The notes under the pieces are model-generated. The model was not told where the DNA came from. It ran no database searches and saw only the letters and a list, made by a program, of their open reading frames with translations. Below are positions 1 to 9,059 of a stretch of 36,763 nucleotides of DNA, piece after piece. The position numbers were made by a program, and so were the translations under genes. Positions within the stretch are counted from its first letter, which is position 1. Every line of letters begins with the position of its first letter. The stretch comes from Nitrospirota bacterium (GTDB taxonomy: Bacteria > JACPQY01), in NCBI GenBank assembly GCA_016180645.1, contig JACPAV010000032.1, positions 1-36,763 on the forward strand. The letters run 5' to 3'.

Positions 1-471
1 CTGCGCGGTCACGTCGCGGGCCGCGGCGAACACACCGAGTACGTTGCCTCGCGCGTCCTTGTAGACCGACGCGTTGTAGAGCACGTCCGTGAGGCGGCCA
101 TCCCTGTGGCGGATGGTCAGCGGGTAGTCGGTGACGAACCCCTTGGCAAAGACCTGCTGATAGCCCTCTCGCGCCTTCTCGGGTTCGGTAAAGTAATCTG
201 AAAAGTCGGTCCCGATGAGCTTCTCGCGCGAAACGCCGGTGACCTTTATGGAACCCTCGTTCACATCCGTGATCTTGCCTTCCGGGCTGATCGTCACGAG
301 CGGGTCAAGACTTGCCTCGATGAGACTGCGGGCGTACTGGGATGCCTCTTTCTGCGCGGCCGCATCTTGGGGCGCCTCGGTGCCCGAACTGACACTCGCC
401 TCCAATCGCTCGGTCCGGCGGAATTTCGCGACGGAGCGGGGTTGAACTCGATTCTGACTACTGACCTTCAT
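1..471 (-). CDS. PAS domain S-box sensor protein, 5' part (runs off the left edge)
   Basis: Not in the ORF track; translated by hand from ATG 471 (SD AGGGAGGG upstream): MKVSSQ...QYARSLIEASLDPLVTISPEGKITDVNE...LIGTDFSDYFTEPEKAREGYQQVFAKGFVTDYPLTIRHRDG...NASVYKD...GVFAAARDVT, a typical PAS/PAC repeat, open to position 1. Confidence 0.9.
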   Translation of the reverse strand, partial: MKVSSQNRVQPRSVAKFRRTERLEASVSSGTEAPQDAAAQKEASQYARSLIEASLDPLVTISPEGKITDVNEGSIKVTGVSREKLIGTDFSDYFTEPEKAREGYQQVFAKGFVTDYPLTIRHRDGRLTDVLYNASVYKDARGNVLGVFAAARDVTAQ

Positions 472-482
472 GTTTTCCCTCC

Positions 483-671
483 CTAAAGAACGTTTTCGAC
501 TTGACTACAGATTTCTCCGTGGAATGACTTCAATAACTGGCAAGGGTATTGAATATGGGGGGTATGGAGCGTCGCACCGGATGTGCTGTTCAGAAAGTCA
601 ATGACTGACAATGACTTCACCAGACATCCATGGGTGCGATGCTGAATCTCAACTCGAGAAAACTGCCCCAT
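483..671 (-). CDS. possible 62-aa small ORF (doubtful)
   Basis: GGAGGG lies 5 nt before the ATG and the stop abuts the PAS gene RBS. However, the region is AT-rich, has no recognisable motif and contains repeated motifs. Confidence 0.25.
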   Translation of the reverse strand: MGQFSRVEIQHRTHGCLVKSLSVIDFLNSTSGATLHTPHIQYPCQLLKSFHGEICSQVENVL

Positions 672-707
672 TTCGTCCCTCCATCGATCATGTGTGATCG
701 TAGGCCG

Positions 708-736
708 ATTCTAGGCAGTCCGATCGAACTTGTCAA
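708..736 (-). promoter_or_regulatory. sigma70-type promoter for the PAS gene
   Basis: TTGACA (736-731), 17 nt, TAGAAT (713-708), with an AT-rich tract just upstream. Confidence 0.7.
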
Positions 737-818
737 ACGTAAAACAAAGTATACGAGTCTTTAATTAGGGTGAATACCCCATAATACGATACCTCTCAGT
801 AATTTCGGCTCCGGCGTC

Positions 819-857
819 GAGGCTGAACCTTGATAGCAGCCACGGAAGTTCAGCCTC
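819..857 (-). terminator. stem-loop after the exonuclease-WYL stop codon
   Basis: GAGGCTGAAC (819-828) pairs perfectly with GTTCAGCCTC (848-857). There is no U-tract, so terminator function is uncertain. Confidence 0.35.
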
Positions 858-865
858 TATGGTGG

Positions 866-1786
866 CTAGCTGAGGTGCGCGGTGGGATCCGGGACGGCGT
901 GGGGGGCGGTGTCGGCGGGACGCTCGAAATTGTCGCTCGTCAGTTTCCAAGCGGTGATCCGATCGAGGCGGAAATTCCGGCTGGTCCCTTTCAGGTGGCA
1001 ATAGCCGACGAGATAGTCGTGAGCGCTGAGCTTGACGATCTTGTAGGGGTCCACCACCCGCTGAGACTGATGCCCCCGCCCGCCGCTCACGTACGTGATC
1101 AGTACGCATCGCTGATCGCGGGTGGCCTGGATGAGATCGTCGTAGAGCTGGGGCGGATAGATATCGGGCTCGATCTCCCGGGGGTCGAAGGTGAGGGCCG
1201 GACCGTGGATGTCGATGAGGTCCTTCAGCGTTCCCAACCCATGTTCCTCTATCTTCCCCAGGAAATTCATGAAAATGGTGTGGAGGTCCCGCGCGTCCCG
1301 TTCGGCCCGGTGGTAGAAATCGGTGGGGAGGGAGAACCGTGTCCGCAGGATGTCCATCGAGTGTCGTTCATATTCCGGATAGAGTTTGCGGGAAAGCGTG
1401 AGCGTATCGATCACAATGTTGTCGGGGAAGCCCAGCTTGAGGTCGTTCATGGCGCTGGAGAAGAAACCGATGTCGAACGAAGCGTTGTGGGCCATCAGGA
1501 CATCTTCGCCGATGAATTTCAGAAACCCGGGCAGCACCTCATCCTGCGTGGGCGAATGAGCCACCATGCCGTCGGTAATCCCGTGCACTTTTGAAACTTC
1601 GGGAGGGATCGGGCGCATCGGGTTGACCAAGGTGGCGAAGGTTTCCACGACCTCCGCTCCCTTGGCGCGGATGGCGCCGACCTCCACGATCCGGTCTCCA
1701 CGCCACGGGTTCAGCCCCGTCGTTTCGAGATCGAAGAAAGTGAGATTGCGGTTTCGAAGGTCCACCCTCCCTCGTTCTATGAACAC
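866..1786 (-). CDS. DEDDh 3'-5' exonuclease (DnaQ/PolC-like) fused to a C-terminal WYL domain
   Basis: ExoI FFDLETTG, ExoII AHNASFD, ExoIII HRAERDA; WYL-like tail ITY...RVVDPYKI...YLVGYCHLKGTSRNFRLDRI. The true start may be GTG 1765. Confidence 0.9.
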   Translation of the reverse strand: MFIERGRVDLRNRNLTFFDLETTGLNPWRGDRIVEVGAIRAKGAEVVETFATLVNPMRPIPPEVSKVHGITDGMVAHSPTQDEVLPGFLKFIGEDVLMAHNASFDIGFFSSAMNDLKLGFPDNIVIDTLTLSRKLYPEYERHSMDILRTRFSLPTDFYHRAERDARDLHTIFMNFLGKIEEHGLGTLKDLIDIHGPALTFDPREIEPDIYPPQLYDDLIQATRDQRCVLITYVSGGRGHQSQRVVDPYKIVKLSAHDYLVGYCHLKGTSRNFRLDRITAWKLTSDNFERPADTAPHAVPDPTAHLS

Positions 1787-1802
1787 CGGCGGTGTTTGTC
1801 AA
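1774..1802 (-). promoter_or_regulatory. sigma70-type promoter with a palindrome in the spacer
   Basis: TTGACA (1802-1797), 17 nt, TAGAAC (1779-1774); AACACC-N3-GGTGTT at 1782-1796. Confidence 0.55.
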
Positions 1803-1836
1803 ATGTGCGGGAACAGGATAAATATCGCTCGTTCAA

Positions 1837-2898
1837 ATGACGATCCCAACCGTCATATTCTGGGCGATCACTCAGATCACGTATCCCCTGGTCGAGGCCG
1901 AGCATTTCGGCGTGGATCTGGACTTGGACGCCTACTATTCCGCCGTCGCCGCGTACGCGAGCATCGGCACCGCCAGGCCCGAGTTCGGCGAAGGCGAGGA
2001 AGGCGAGATTTACAAGTACCTCTGGGCGAACTTCCTCAAACCCCACACGATCCTATTCGAGGCCAGCACCTATCCCATGCCGCTGGCCGGGATCGCCTTG
2101 AAAGCCAACACGGGGGACCGGTACGGCGAGCCCCCCGCGGCCGTCGGGGACAATCCGAGGGACGACCCCTCCATACGTCCCAAGAGCAGGACGAGCATTG
2201 CCGAAATTCTCACCGCCGGATTTGAGGAGCCTTACGCGTTTTCGCTTTTCGCAGGCAACCTCGCCTCGTTCAAGTCGCCGGTTCCGTCCGTGAAGGGAAT
2301 CGCGTATGCGGGATATCTGTTCACCTTCGGCACGCAGCACATCAAGAGCAACAGTCTGATCGACACCCGTTGGTACGAGTTCGAGGGAAAGCTCAAAGGG
2401 GATGACATCAAGATCTATCGCAAATTGAAATGGAGCTACCGGATCGGTGGGCGGGTGTTCCAGGATCCTGAAATCTCAAATTATGTTTACTTCTCGACCC
2501 TCCGCGACCGGATCGACTTCACAGGCAAGGGCTGGAGCCTCCTGCGAAACAGTTTCCTGGAGGTCTCCGGTTTCGCCAGCCCCACGGTGTCGACCAAGGT
2601 GGAAGACGTGCTGGTTCGCGCCCTGGCGATCGTGGGGAAGAACTTCCCTTTCTACAAAGACAAGCTCACGTTCAGTTTCGGCCTGGGGGTGGTCATCAAC
2701 ACGAGCGCCAAGTACAAGGGCTGCCTCAAGCTCGATACGGGGGCGCTGACGAGTCCTGAGACGCGCGCTCTCATCTCGCAATGCCGTGAGCTCAGGACGG
2801 ACACGCCCGAGGGACTCTCGGCGCGCGACGACTTCATTTCATCTCACAGCAAGAAATTCGATCTCCAGCTCGCCGTTCGGCCGAACCTGAAATTCTGA
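1837..2898 (+). CDS. hypothetical protein, possibly an outer-membrane beta-barrel
   Basis: 353-aa ORF with GC3-biased codons, alternating strand-like segments (YAGYLFTFG, LKWSYRIGG, LTFSFGLGVV) and a C-terminal Phe. Confidence 0.7.
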   Translation: MTIPTVIFWAITQITYPLVEAEHFGVDLDLDAYYSAVAAYASIGTARPEFGEGEEGEIYKYLWANFLKPHTILFEASTYPMPLAGIALKANTGDRYGEPPAAVGDNPRDDPSIRPKSRTSIAEILTAGFEEPYAFSLFAGNLASFKSPVPSVKGIAYAGYLFTFGTQHIKSNSLIDTRWYEFEGKLKGDDIKIYRKLKWSYRIGGRVFQDPEISNYVYFSTLRDRIDFTGKGWSLLRNSFLEVSGFASPTVSTKVEDVLVRALAIVGKNFPFYKDKLTFSFGLGVVINTSAKYKGCLKLDTGALTSPETRALISQCRELRTDTPEGLSARDDFISSHSKKFDLQLAVRPNLKF

Positions 2899-2899
2899 A

Positions 2900-3739
2900 T
2901 TATGAGCCCGGCGCCTGGCGGGGATCGATCGCGTCTCGAATCGCTTCGCCGACGAGATTGAATGAGAGGACCGTCACCAGAATTCCGAGTCCTGGAAATG
3001 TCATGAGCCACCAAGCCACGTGCAGGTAGTCTTTCCCCGATGTGAGGATGTTGCCCCAACTCGGCGTCGGAGGCTGGACTCCCAGTCCCAGGAACGACAG
3101 GCCCGCCTCCGTGAGGATCGCGCCGCCCACACCCAGCGTCGCGGAGACGAGGACGTAGCCCAGCACGTTCGGAAGCACGTGCCTGGACATGATCGAGCGC
3201 GGCGGAACTCCGATGGCTCTCGCGCTGGTCACGAACTCCAGCTCACGGATGCGCAGGCACTCGCCTCTCACCACGCGTGAAAGCCCCGGCCACGAGGTGA
3301 TCCCGATGACGGCCATGACTTTGAAAATGCCGGGTTCCAGGAGCGAAATGACCATGAGGATCAGGAAGAACGTCGGGAAGCAGAGCATGATGTCCACGAA
3401 CCGCATGATGACGGAATCGACCCATCGTCCGACGTACCCCGCCAAAATGCCCAGGGCGGTCCCGATGACAACGGAGATGCTCACCGCCACGAATCCCACG
3501 GTCAGGGAGATCCGCGCGCCGAGGAGCATCCGTGACAGGACATCACGCCCGAGGTCGTCCGTCCCCATCCAATGTTTCCAGGAGGGAGGCTGGAGGCGGT
3601 CCAGGAGCACCTGCTCCGCGAAATCATACGGCGAGAGGGCCGAGGCGAAGATCGCGACAAAGGCCAGGGCCATTAGCAAGAGGAGGCCCGCCATCCCGGA
3701 AGGGTTCCGCCGAAATCTCTGGATGTAGATGTTCAGCAT
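2900..3739 (-). CDS. oppC: oligopeptide/dipeptide ABC permease (OppC/DppC)
   Basis: HWMGTDDLGRD, EFVTSARAIG (EAA loop), LSFLGLGVQPPTPSWG. Confidence 0.95.
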   Translation of the reverse strand: MLNIYIQRFRRNPSGMAGLLLLMALAFVAIFASALSPYDFAEQVLLDRLQPPSWKHWMGTDDLGRDVLSRMLLGARISLTVGFVAVSISVVIGTALGILAGYVGRWVDSVIMRFVDIMLCFPTFFLILMVISLLEPGIFKVMAVIGITSWPGLSRVVRGECLRIRELEFVTSARAIGVPPRSIMSRHVLPNVLGYVLVSATLGVGGAILTEAGLSFLGLGVQPPTPSWGNILTSGKDYLHVAWWLMTFPGLGILVTVLSFNLVGEAIRDAIDPRQAPGS

Positions 3740-3742
3740 AAA

Positions 3743-4717
3743 CTATTTCGCCAGTCTCACCCGCGGATCGACGACGGCCACGCCGACGTCGGCGAGGAAA
3801 TTCCCCAGGAGAGTCAGGAAAGCGACAATCGTCCCCAGCCCCATGACCACGGGATAGTCCCGGGCCATCATCGCATCCATGCCGAGCCGGCCAAGACCCG
3901 GATACGCGAAGATCGTTTCGAAGATGAACGCGCCGCCGATGAGGTCGGGCAGCATGAGGCCCATGAGCGTCACCATCGGGATCAACGTATTGCGGAACGC
4001 GTGACGCCAGAAGACGCGCTGCGAGCTGAGGCCCTTGGCGCGGGCGGAACGCACATAGTCCTGCCGGATGACTTCAAGAAGCATCACGCGGGTGTAGCGG
4101 GAGAGAAATGCGAGGCCGGTAAACGCCGCGGTGAGGGACGGCAGGATGAGGTGCTGCGCGGTGTCCCAGATTCTTCCCCCGAAGCCGAGATCCGTGTAGT
4201 TCAGCGAGTGCAACCCCGATACCGGGAGCCATCCCAGCAGAATTCCAAAGAACATCATCATAAGGAGGCCGAACCAGAACGTCGGCATCGAGAATCCGAT
4301 GAATACGAGCACCGCCAGGCCGCGGTCCACGAGCGAGTTCTGCTTGATGGCGGACACCGCTCCGATGGGGATCGCGAGGAGAAAGATAAGAATCATCGTG
4401 CACAGGTTCAGGAGCAGGGTGTTGGGAACGCGCTCGACGATCTTGTCGATCACCGGCCGTTCATCTTTGAACGAGGTCCCGAAATCGAGCCGGGCGATCC
4501 GCTTCATCCAGCGTCCGTACTGGATGTACCAGGGCTGGTCCAGCCCATAGAGGACTTTCAGCTTGTCTTTGATCTCCGGCGAGGTACGGGCGGACATCTC
4601 CGTGGCCAGGTCGATGGGGCCGCCCGGCGCGAGCTGCATCACGCCGAAGGTCATGACCGTAATCCCCCACAGGAGGAAAAGCATGGAAGCCAGTCGTCGG
4701 CCGAGGTATCGCGCCAT
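3743..4717 (-). CDS. oppB: oligopeptide/dipeptide ABC permease (OppB/DppB)
   Basis: LAPGGP, LDFGTS, DYVRSARAKGL, ETIFAYPGLG, DPRVR. Confidence 0.95.
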   Translation of the reverse strand: MARYLGRRLASMLFLLWGITVMTFGVMQLAPGGPIDLATEMSARTSPEIKDKLKVLYGLDQPWYIQYGRWMKRIARLDFGTSFKDERPVIDKIVERVPNTLLLNLCTMILIFLLAIPIGAVSAIKQNSLVDRGLAVLVFIGFSMPTFWFGLLMMMFFGILLGWLPVSGLHSLNYTDLGFGGRIWDTAQHLILPSLTAAFTGLAFLSRYTRVMLLEVIRQDYVRSARAKGLSSQRVFWRHAFRNTLIPMVTLMGLMLPDLIGGAFIFETIFAYPGLGRLGMDAMMARDYPVVMGLGTIVAFLTLLGNFLADVGVAVVDPRVRLAK

Positions 4718-4729
4718 CGCCGGTCCCTT

Positions 4730-6436
4730 CTACTGCTCGAACACCGGCACGGGGTATTTCCGCTTTTCCGGCGGCACGTGCCACTGGTTGAAGTTCCAGA
4801 AGAGGCCGAGCGCCGAGACGGACGGCCCTTCGAACCGTCGGTGAACCACCGGCGTCGCTTCGGGGTAGTACAAGAAAATGTAGACCAGATCGTCGTGGAT
4901 CAGCCGGTGAATTCGCCGGTAGATTTTCTGTCGTTCGGCCTGCTCAAACGTCACGCGGCCGCGTTCGAGCAGATGATCCACTTCCGGGTTGTTGTAGTCG
5001 ACAAAATTGTACTTCCCGGGTCCCGTTTGCGAGGAGTGCCAGATCAGGTATTGGTCCGGATCGCGGCCCAGCGACCAGCCCAGAATGACCACATCGAACG
5101 CGCGCGGTTCCACGAACTTCTGGATGAAGGAGCTCCACTCGACGATGCGGATGGTCACATCCACGCCGATTTTCTTGAGTTGCAACTGGAGGACTTCCGA
5201 CGTGAGTTCCCGCACTTTGTTTCCCTGATTCGTCATGAGCGTGAAGCGAAACGGCTTCCCGCCCCGATCCAGAAAACCGTCACCGTCCGAATCGGACCAC
5301 CCGGCTTCTTGCAGGAGCCGGCGGGCTTCCGCGGGATTGAACGCGATGTCCTCCACCCCCGGATCGAAAGCCCAGCTCAGCGGCGGGAACGGTCCGGTGG
5401 CCGGGCTGCCCAGACCAAGCAACACGCCATCGATGATCTCCTTCTTGTTCAGGGCCATCGCAAGCGCAAGGCGGACCCGACGATCCTGGAACAGCGGATT
5501 TTTCAGATTAAAACCCATGTAGCTGTAGCTGAAGCTCGGAAAGCGGAACTTCTGGTGGTTTTCGAAGAACACGTCGTACGCCTTGTACTGGTCCGGCCGG
5601 AGAACCATCGTATCGATCGATTGTCTCCGAAGCTCGAGGAACTGGACGGCCTGGTCGGGGATGATCCGGTAGATGAAGCGCTGTACGTGAGGCCGTCCCT
5701 CGAAGTAGTTCGGGTTGGCTTCAAGGACGATCTTCTCGTCCGTTCTCCATTCGCAAAAGGTGTACGCCCCCGTTCCGATCGGGCAGCGGTTGGCGGGATG
5801 GGAATTGAAGTTCTCCACGGTCTTGGGCGGATCGGTCTTCGGTCGGCAACGCGTGGGAGGACAGGCAAAGGTTTTTGCCTCGTAGACATGCTTCGGAATG
5901 ATCGAAATCATCCAGCTTTCGAGGGCGGGCGCGAACACTTCTTTGTAGCGAACGACAACCGTGTGGGGGGCCGGAGCCGTGACCGATTTCACAAGCTCGT
6001 AGTCTGAAGAGTACGGCGTTCGAACCTTCGGATCGACCAGCCGTTCGTAGGTGTAGAGCACATCGTCGGCGGTGAAGGGGGCGCCGTCATGCCATTTCAC
6101 GCCTTGCCGCAGATGGAAGGTGATGGTTCGCCCACCTTCGGCCACTTCCCACTTCTCCGCGAGCACGCCTTGAATGTCCAAGTTGGGTCCGTACTTCAAG
6201 AGTCCGTCGTAAACCATTCCATTGATGTCGCCGGAGGCGCTGTCATTGGAGAGCACCGGATTCAGCATGCTTGCGTCACCGATGGAGGCGTCGACGAACG
6301 CATCACCGTCAAATGGGTGCAGCGCACCCTTCACCAACCGCTCGGGCCGCGTGGGACTTCCGGCCGCGGTGCAGGCGAGGATCGAACAGGTGAACAGGGA
6401 GATCCGTCCCGCCCGTACGCCCACCTTCACAGGCAT
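4730..6436 (-). CDS. oppA: peptide ABC transporter substrate-binding protein (SBP family 5)
   Basis: FHLRQGVKWHDGAPFTADDV, PIGTGAY, RVRLALAMALNK; N-terminal signal with ILAC (possible lipobox). Confidence 0.93.
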   Translation of the reverse strand: MPVKVGVRAGRISLFTCSILACTAAGSPTRPERLVKGALHPFDGDAFVDASIGDASMLNPVLSNDSASGDINGMVYDGLLKYGPNLDIQGVLAEKWEVAEGGRTITFHLRQGVKWHDGAPFTADDVLYTYERLVDPKVRTPYSSDYELVKSVTAPAPHTVVVRYKEVFAPALESWMISIIPKHVYEAKTFACPPTRCRPKTDPPKTVENFNSHPANRCPIGTGAYTFCEWRTDEKIVLEANPNYFEGRPHVQRFIYRIIPDQAVQFLELRRQSIDTMVLRPDQYKAYDVFFENHQKFRFPSFSYSYMGFNLKNPLFQDRRVRLALAMALNKKEIIDGVLLGLGSPATGPFPPLSWAFDPGVEDIAFNPAEARRLLQEAGWSDSDGDGFLDRGGKPFRFTLMTNQGNKVRELTSEVLQLQLKKIGVDVTIRIVEWSSFIQKFVEPRAFDVVILGWSLGRDPDQYLIWHSSQTGPGKYNFVDYNNPEVDHLLERGRVTFEQAERQKIYRRIHRLIHDDLVYIFLYYPEATPVVHRRFEGPSVSALGLFWNFNQWHVPPEKRKYPVPVFEQ

Positions 6437-6440
6437 GAAC

Positions 6441-8189
6441 CTACAGCCTCACGCCGCGCGGCTCGATCTTGCGGCGCAGCCGCTGCGTCTGGTCTTCCTT
6501 CGGGGAGAGCGTCAACGCCTTCTTGTAGAATTCCACTGCGACCGAGAGTTCCCCGAGATTCCAGTGCGTATCGCCAAGGTGCTCGTTGATGACGGGGTCG
6601 TCCGGCGTGATCTGGACGGCTTTCTTCAAGAGTTCCAGCGCGCCCTCGAAATCCCCTTTTTGGAAATATACCCAGCCCAGACTGTCCATGAAATAGCCGT
6701 CGTTCGGCCGCGCCTCCAACGCCCGGCGGACGAGCGATTCCGCCTCATCCAGATTCCGGCCTTCCTCTGCGTAGCTGTACCCCACCCAATTGAGGGCATT
6801 GGGATGACGGGGGTTGCCGGCCAGGATCCGCTTCATCGTCTCGATACTCGCCTCACGCCGTCCGTTCTGCTCCTGCACAATGCCCAGCTCGTAGAGGATG
6901 GACTCACTGTCAGGCTCCAGTTCCACCGCCTTCTCCAGGGCCTTCTGGGAGGCGCCGAAATTCCGCTGATCCTGATAGATCAACCCCAATCCTTCGTGAA
7001 ACCGTGCCTCCTGGGGATGCCCGCGGATCAGACCCTTGAGCCGCCTCTCCGCCCTGTCCCATTGCTTCTGACGCCCCTCGAGGAAGGAGAGCCGGACCAT
7101 AGCCTCAGGGAATAGTTCCGATTCGGGCCCCACCTTTTCCAGGAATGCGGCGGCCTCACCCGGCTTCTGTATGGCCTCCAAAGCCACGCCCGCGCCGTAG
7201 AGGGCGTCGTCCAACCCCGGGGCCAGTTCGAGGCATCGCCTGAAGGCATCGACGGCCGGCGCTCTCTTGTCGTCCTCAAAGAAAACCCATCCCAGAGCCA
7301 GGAAAAAATACGGCTCATCCGGATACGCGGAGGCCAGGGTCAGCAGAACAGACTCCGCCTTGGACCATTCGCGCGTTGCCCAGATCCATTTCCAGAGCTT
7401 CGACCTCGCCCCTTCATGCGAGGGGGACAGGAGTAGAATCTTCTGAAGCTCCTCCACGGCCTGGGGCCTGCGTTGCGTTTCTTCGTAGAGGCGGTGGCGC
7501 TCCCAATGCAGATCGACGGAATCCGGCGCTCTTTCCAGCGCCCGGTTGAGCAAGGCTTCCGCTCCCGCCGCGTCTTTGCGCAGGGCGGCCAGGCGGGCCG
7601 CGTAGAAGAGAACGCTGGGATTCTCAGGCTGGGAGGCCAACAATTCCTGCACCTTTTTTTCGGCCTCGTCCAGCCGACCCCCTTCGATGTCGGCGGATGC
7701 GATGAGCAGGTCGATCCCCGGGTACGCGGGATCGAGGCCTCGGACCTTCTCGTATTCGCCGATGGCCGCCTCCCAGCGTCCCGTTACGGTGTAGATTTGC
7801 GCCAGCATGAGATGGGGCTCGATGTCCTTCGGGGCCAACTCGGAAGTCCGCCGGTACGCTTTCTCTGCCTCGATCAAATCGCCCTGCCGCGCCGCCGCCT
7901 GCCCGTATTCGGCCCAGATCGCCGTGGAGTCCGGCTCAAGGCGGAGCGCCTCTTGGTAGTGCCGGAAGGCGGAAGAGGTATCTCCGTTCAAGAGCTCCCG
8001 GCGGGCCCGCATGTAGAGATGATAGGAATCGGCTTCGGGGCTCAACTCGACCGGGGCGACATCGGACTTCTGGGGGCGAAGCGTAGCGCAGGCCGTGAGG
8101 GCGACAACGCCGAACAGGAGGGGGAGGAGGTTCTCGACTCCGCTTCGCTCCGCTCGAACATTACCCTTCGAGCTTGTCGAGAAGTCCAT
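6441..8189 (-). CDS. TPR-repeat lipoprotein
   Basis: Lipobox-like LTAC, many TPRs, and the C-terminal ALNWVGYSYAE...DSLGWVYF...EHLGD signature. The start may be a little downstream (GTG). Confidence 0.9.
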   Translation of the reverse strand: MDFSTSSKGNVRAERSGVENLLPLLFGVVALTACATLRPQKSDVAPVELSPEADSYHLYMRARRELLNGDTSSAFRHYQEALRLEPDSTAIWAEYGQAAARQGDLIEAEKAYRRTSELAPKDIEPHLMLAQIYTVTGRWEAAIGEYEKVRGLDPAYPGIDLLIASADIEGGRLDEAEKKVQELLASQPENPSVLFYAARLAALRKDAAGAEALLNRALERAPDSVDLHWERHRLYEETQRRPQAVEELQKILLLSPSHEGARSKLWKWIWATREWSKAESVLLTLASAYPDEPYFFLALGWVFFEDDKRAPAVDAFRRCLELAPGLDDALYGAGVALEAIQKPGEAAAFLEKVGPESELFPEAMVRLSFLEGRQKQWDRAERRLKGLIRGHPQEARFHEGLGLIYQDQRNFGASQKALEKAVELEPDSESILYELGIVQEQNGRREASIETMKRILAGNPRHPNALNWVGYSYAEEGRNLDEAESLVRRALEARPNDGYFMDSLGWVYFQKGDFEGALELLKKAVQITPDDPVINEHLGDTHWNLGELSVAVEFYKKALTLSPKEDQTQRLRRKIEPRGVRL

Positions 8190-8204
8190 TCGGTTGGGGG
8201 ACTC

Positions 8205-9059
8205 TTATTGTTCGAGGAGCGACATATCCACGCTGGAGGACAGCCTGAAGATGACCCCTTGGAGATCGTCCTCGACCATGTTCAAAGCCTTGAGGGATCC
8301 GGGATCCATCTCGTAGTACATGCTGTCCACCCCCACGCCCTTCCCCATCATCAGGCAGGCCACGTCCGCCAGGTGCACCACAGAGACCAACTCAGGGTCA
8401 CCCTGCACCAGCTTGGGCGTGTGGTGGTAGCGGATGGCAGCCACCAGATCGAGGGGAAATCTCCACTTGCGCGCCACTTCGCTCCCGATTTCAGCGTGGT
8501 CGAATCCCAGCAGCCGTTTCTCGGCCTCAAGGAAGGACACCTTTTCCTGCTCCACCATCTCCATCACGCTGTCAAACACCTGCCCAATGTACGTGCTCAT
8601 GACGAGTTTGCCGATGTCATGGATCAGCCCGGCCGTGAAGGCGACCTCCTTCAAAGGCTTCTTTCCCGTCCGGTCGGCGAGCATCTCGGCAGCAAAGGCC
8701 GCGTACACCGAATGTTCCCACATCTGGCCCTTGAGCATCTTGTACCCCTTCAGATCACGCTCGTAGATCTTGTAGAGGGACCCCGCCAGCACGAGGTTGT
8801 GCAAGGTGTTGAATCCCAGAAACGCCACTCCCTGCTGAATATTGTTGATTGGCTTGAGCACCCCGTAGTACGGCGAGTTGGCAAGCTTGAGCACCTTCGT
8901 GGCCAGCGCCTGATCGGTGGAAACGAGATCGGCGATGTGTTTCGCCGTGCAGTTGGGTTTGGCCATGGTCTCTTTGATCTTCGTCACCACTTGCGGGATG
9001 GGAGGAAGATCATCCACCGACCGCACGATCTTCCGTTTGAGCTCGAGCGAAATGGACAC
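8205..9059 (-). CDS. HDOD domain signal-transduction protein
   Basis: LPPIP, DQALATKVLKLANSPYYG, WEHS, AGLIHDIGK, DHAEIG...W.FP, YHH. Confidence 0.93.
   Translation of the reverse strand: MSISLELKRKIVRSVDDLPPIPQVVTKIKETMAKPNCTAKHIADLVSTDQALATKVLKLANSPYYGVLKPINNIQQGVAFLGFNTLHNLVLAGSLYKIYERDLKGYKMLKGQMWEHSVYAAFAAEMLADRTGKKPLKEVAFTAGLIHDIGKLVMSTYIGQVFDSVMEMVEQEKVSFLEAEKRLLGFDHAEIGSEVARKWRFPLDLVAAIRYHHTPKLVQGDPELVSVVHLADVACLMMGKGVGVDSMYYEMDPGSLKALNMVEDDLQGVIFRLSSSVDMSLLEQ

Noticed and set aside
819-857. Hairpin as 6S RNA or a riboswitch
   Set aside because: Only one 10-bp stem and no family-specific motifs recognised; an Rfam scan would settle it.
1782-1796. Resemblance of the palindrome to the lambda operator consensus as a prophage sign
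   Set aside because: No phage genes nearby; a short match is probably coincidental.
4001-6007. 668-aa plus-strand ORF (also 7473-9062, 24961-26613, 21513-22382, 6222-7115)
   Set aside because: Antisense shadows of well-supported genes, expected with high GC3; no motifs.
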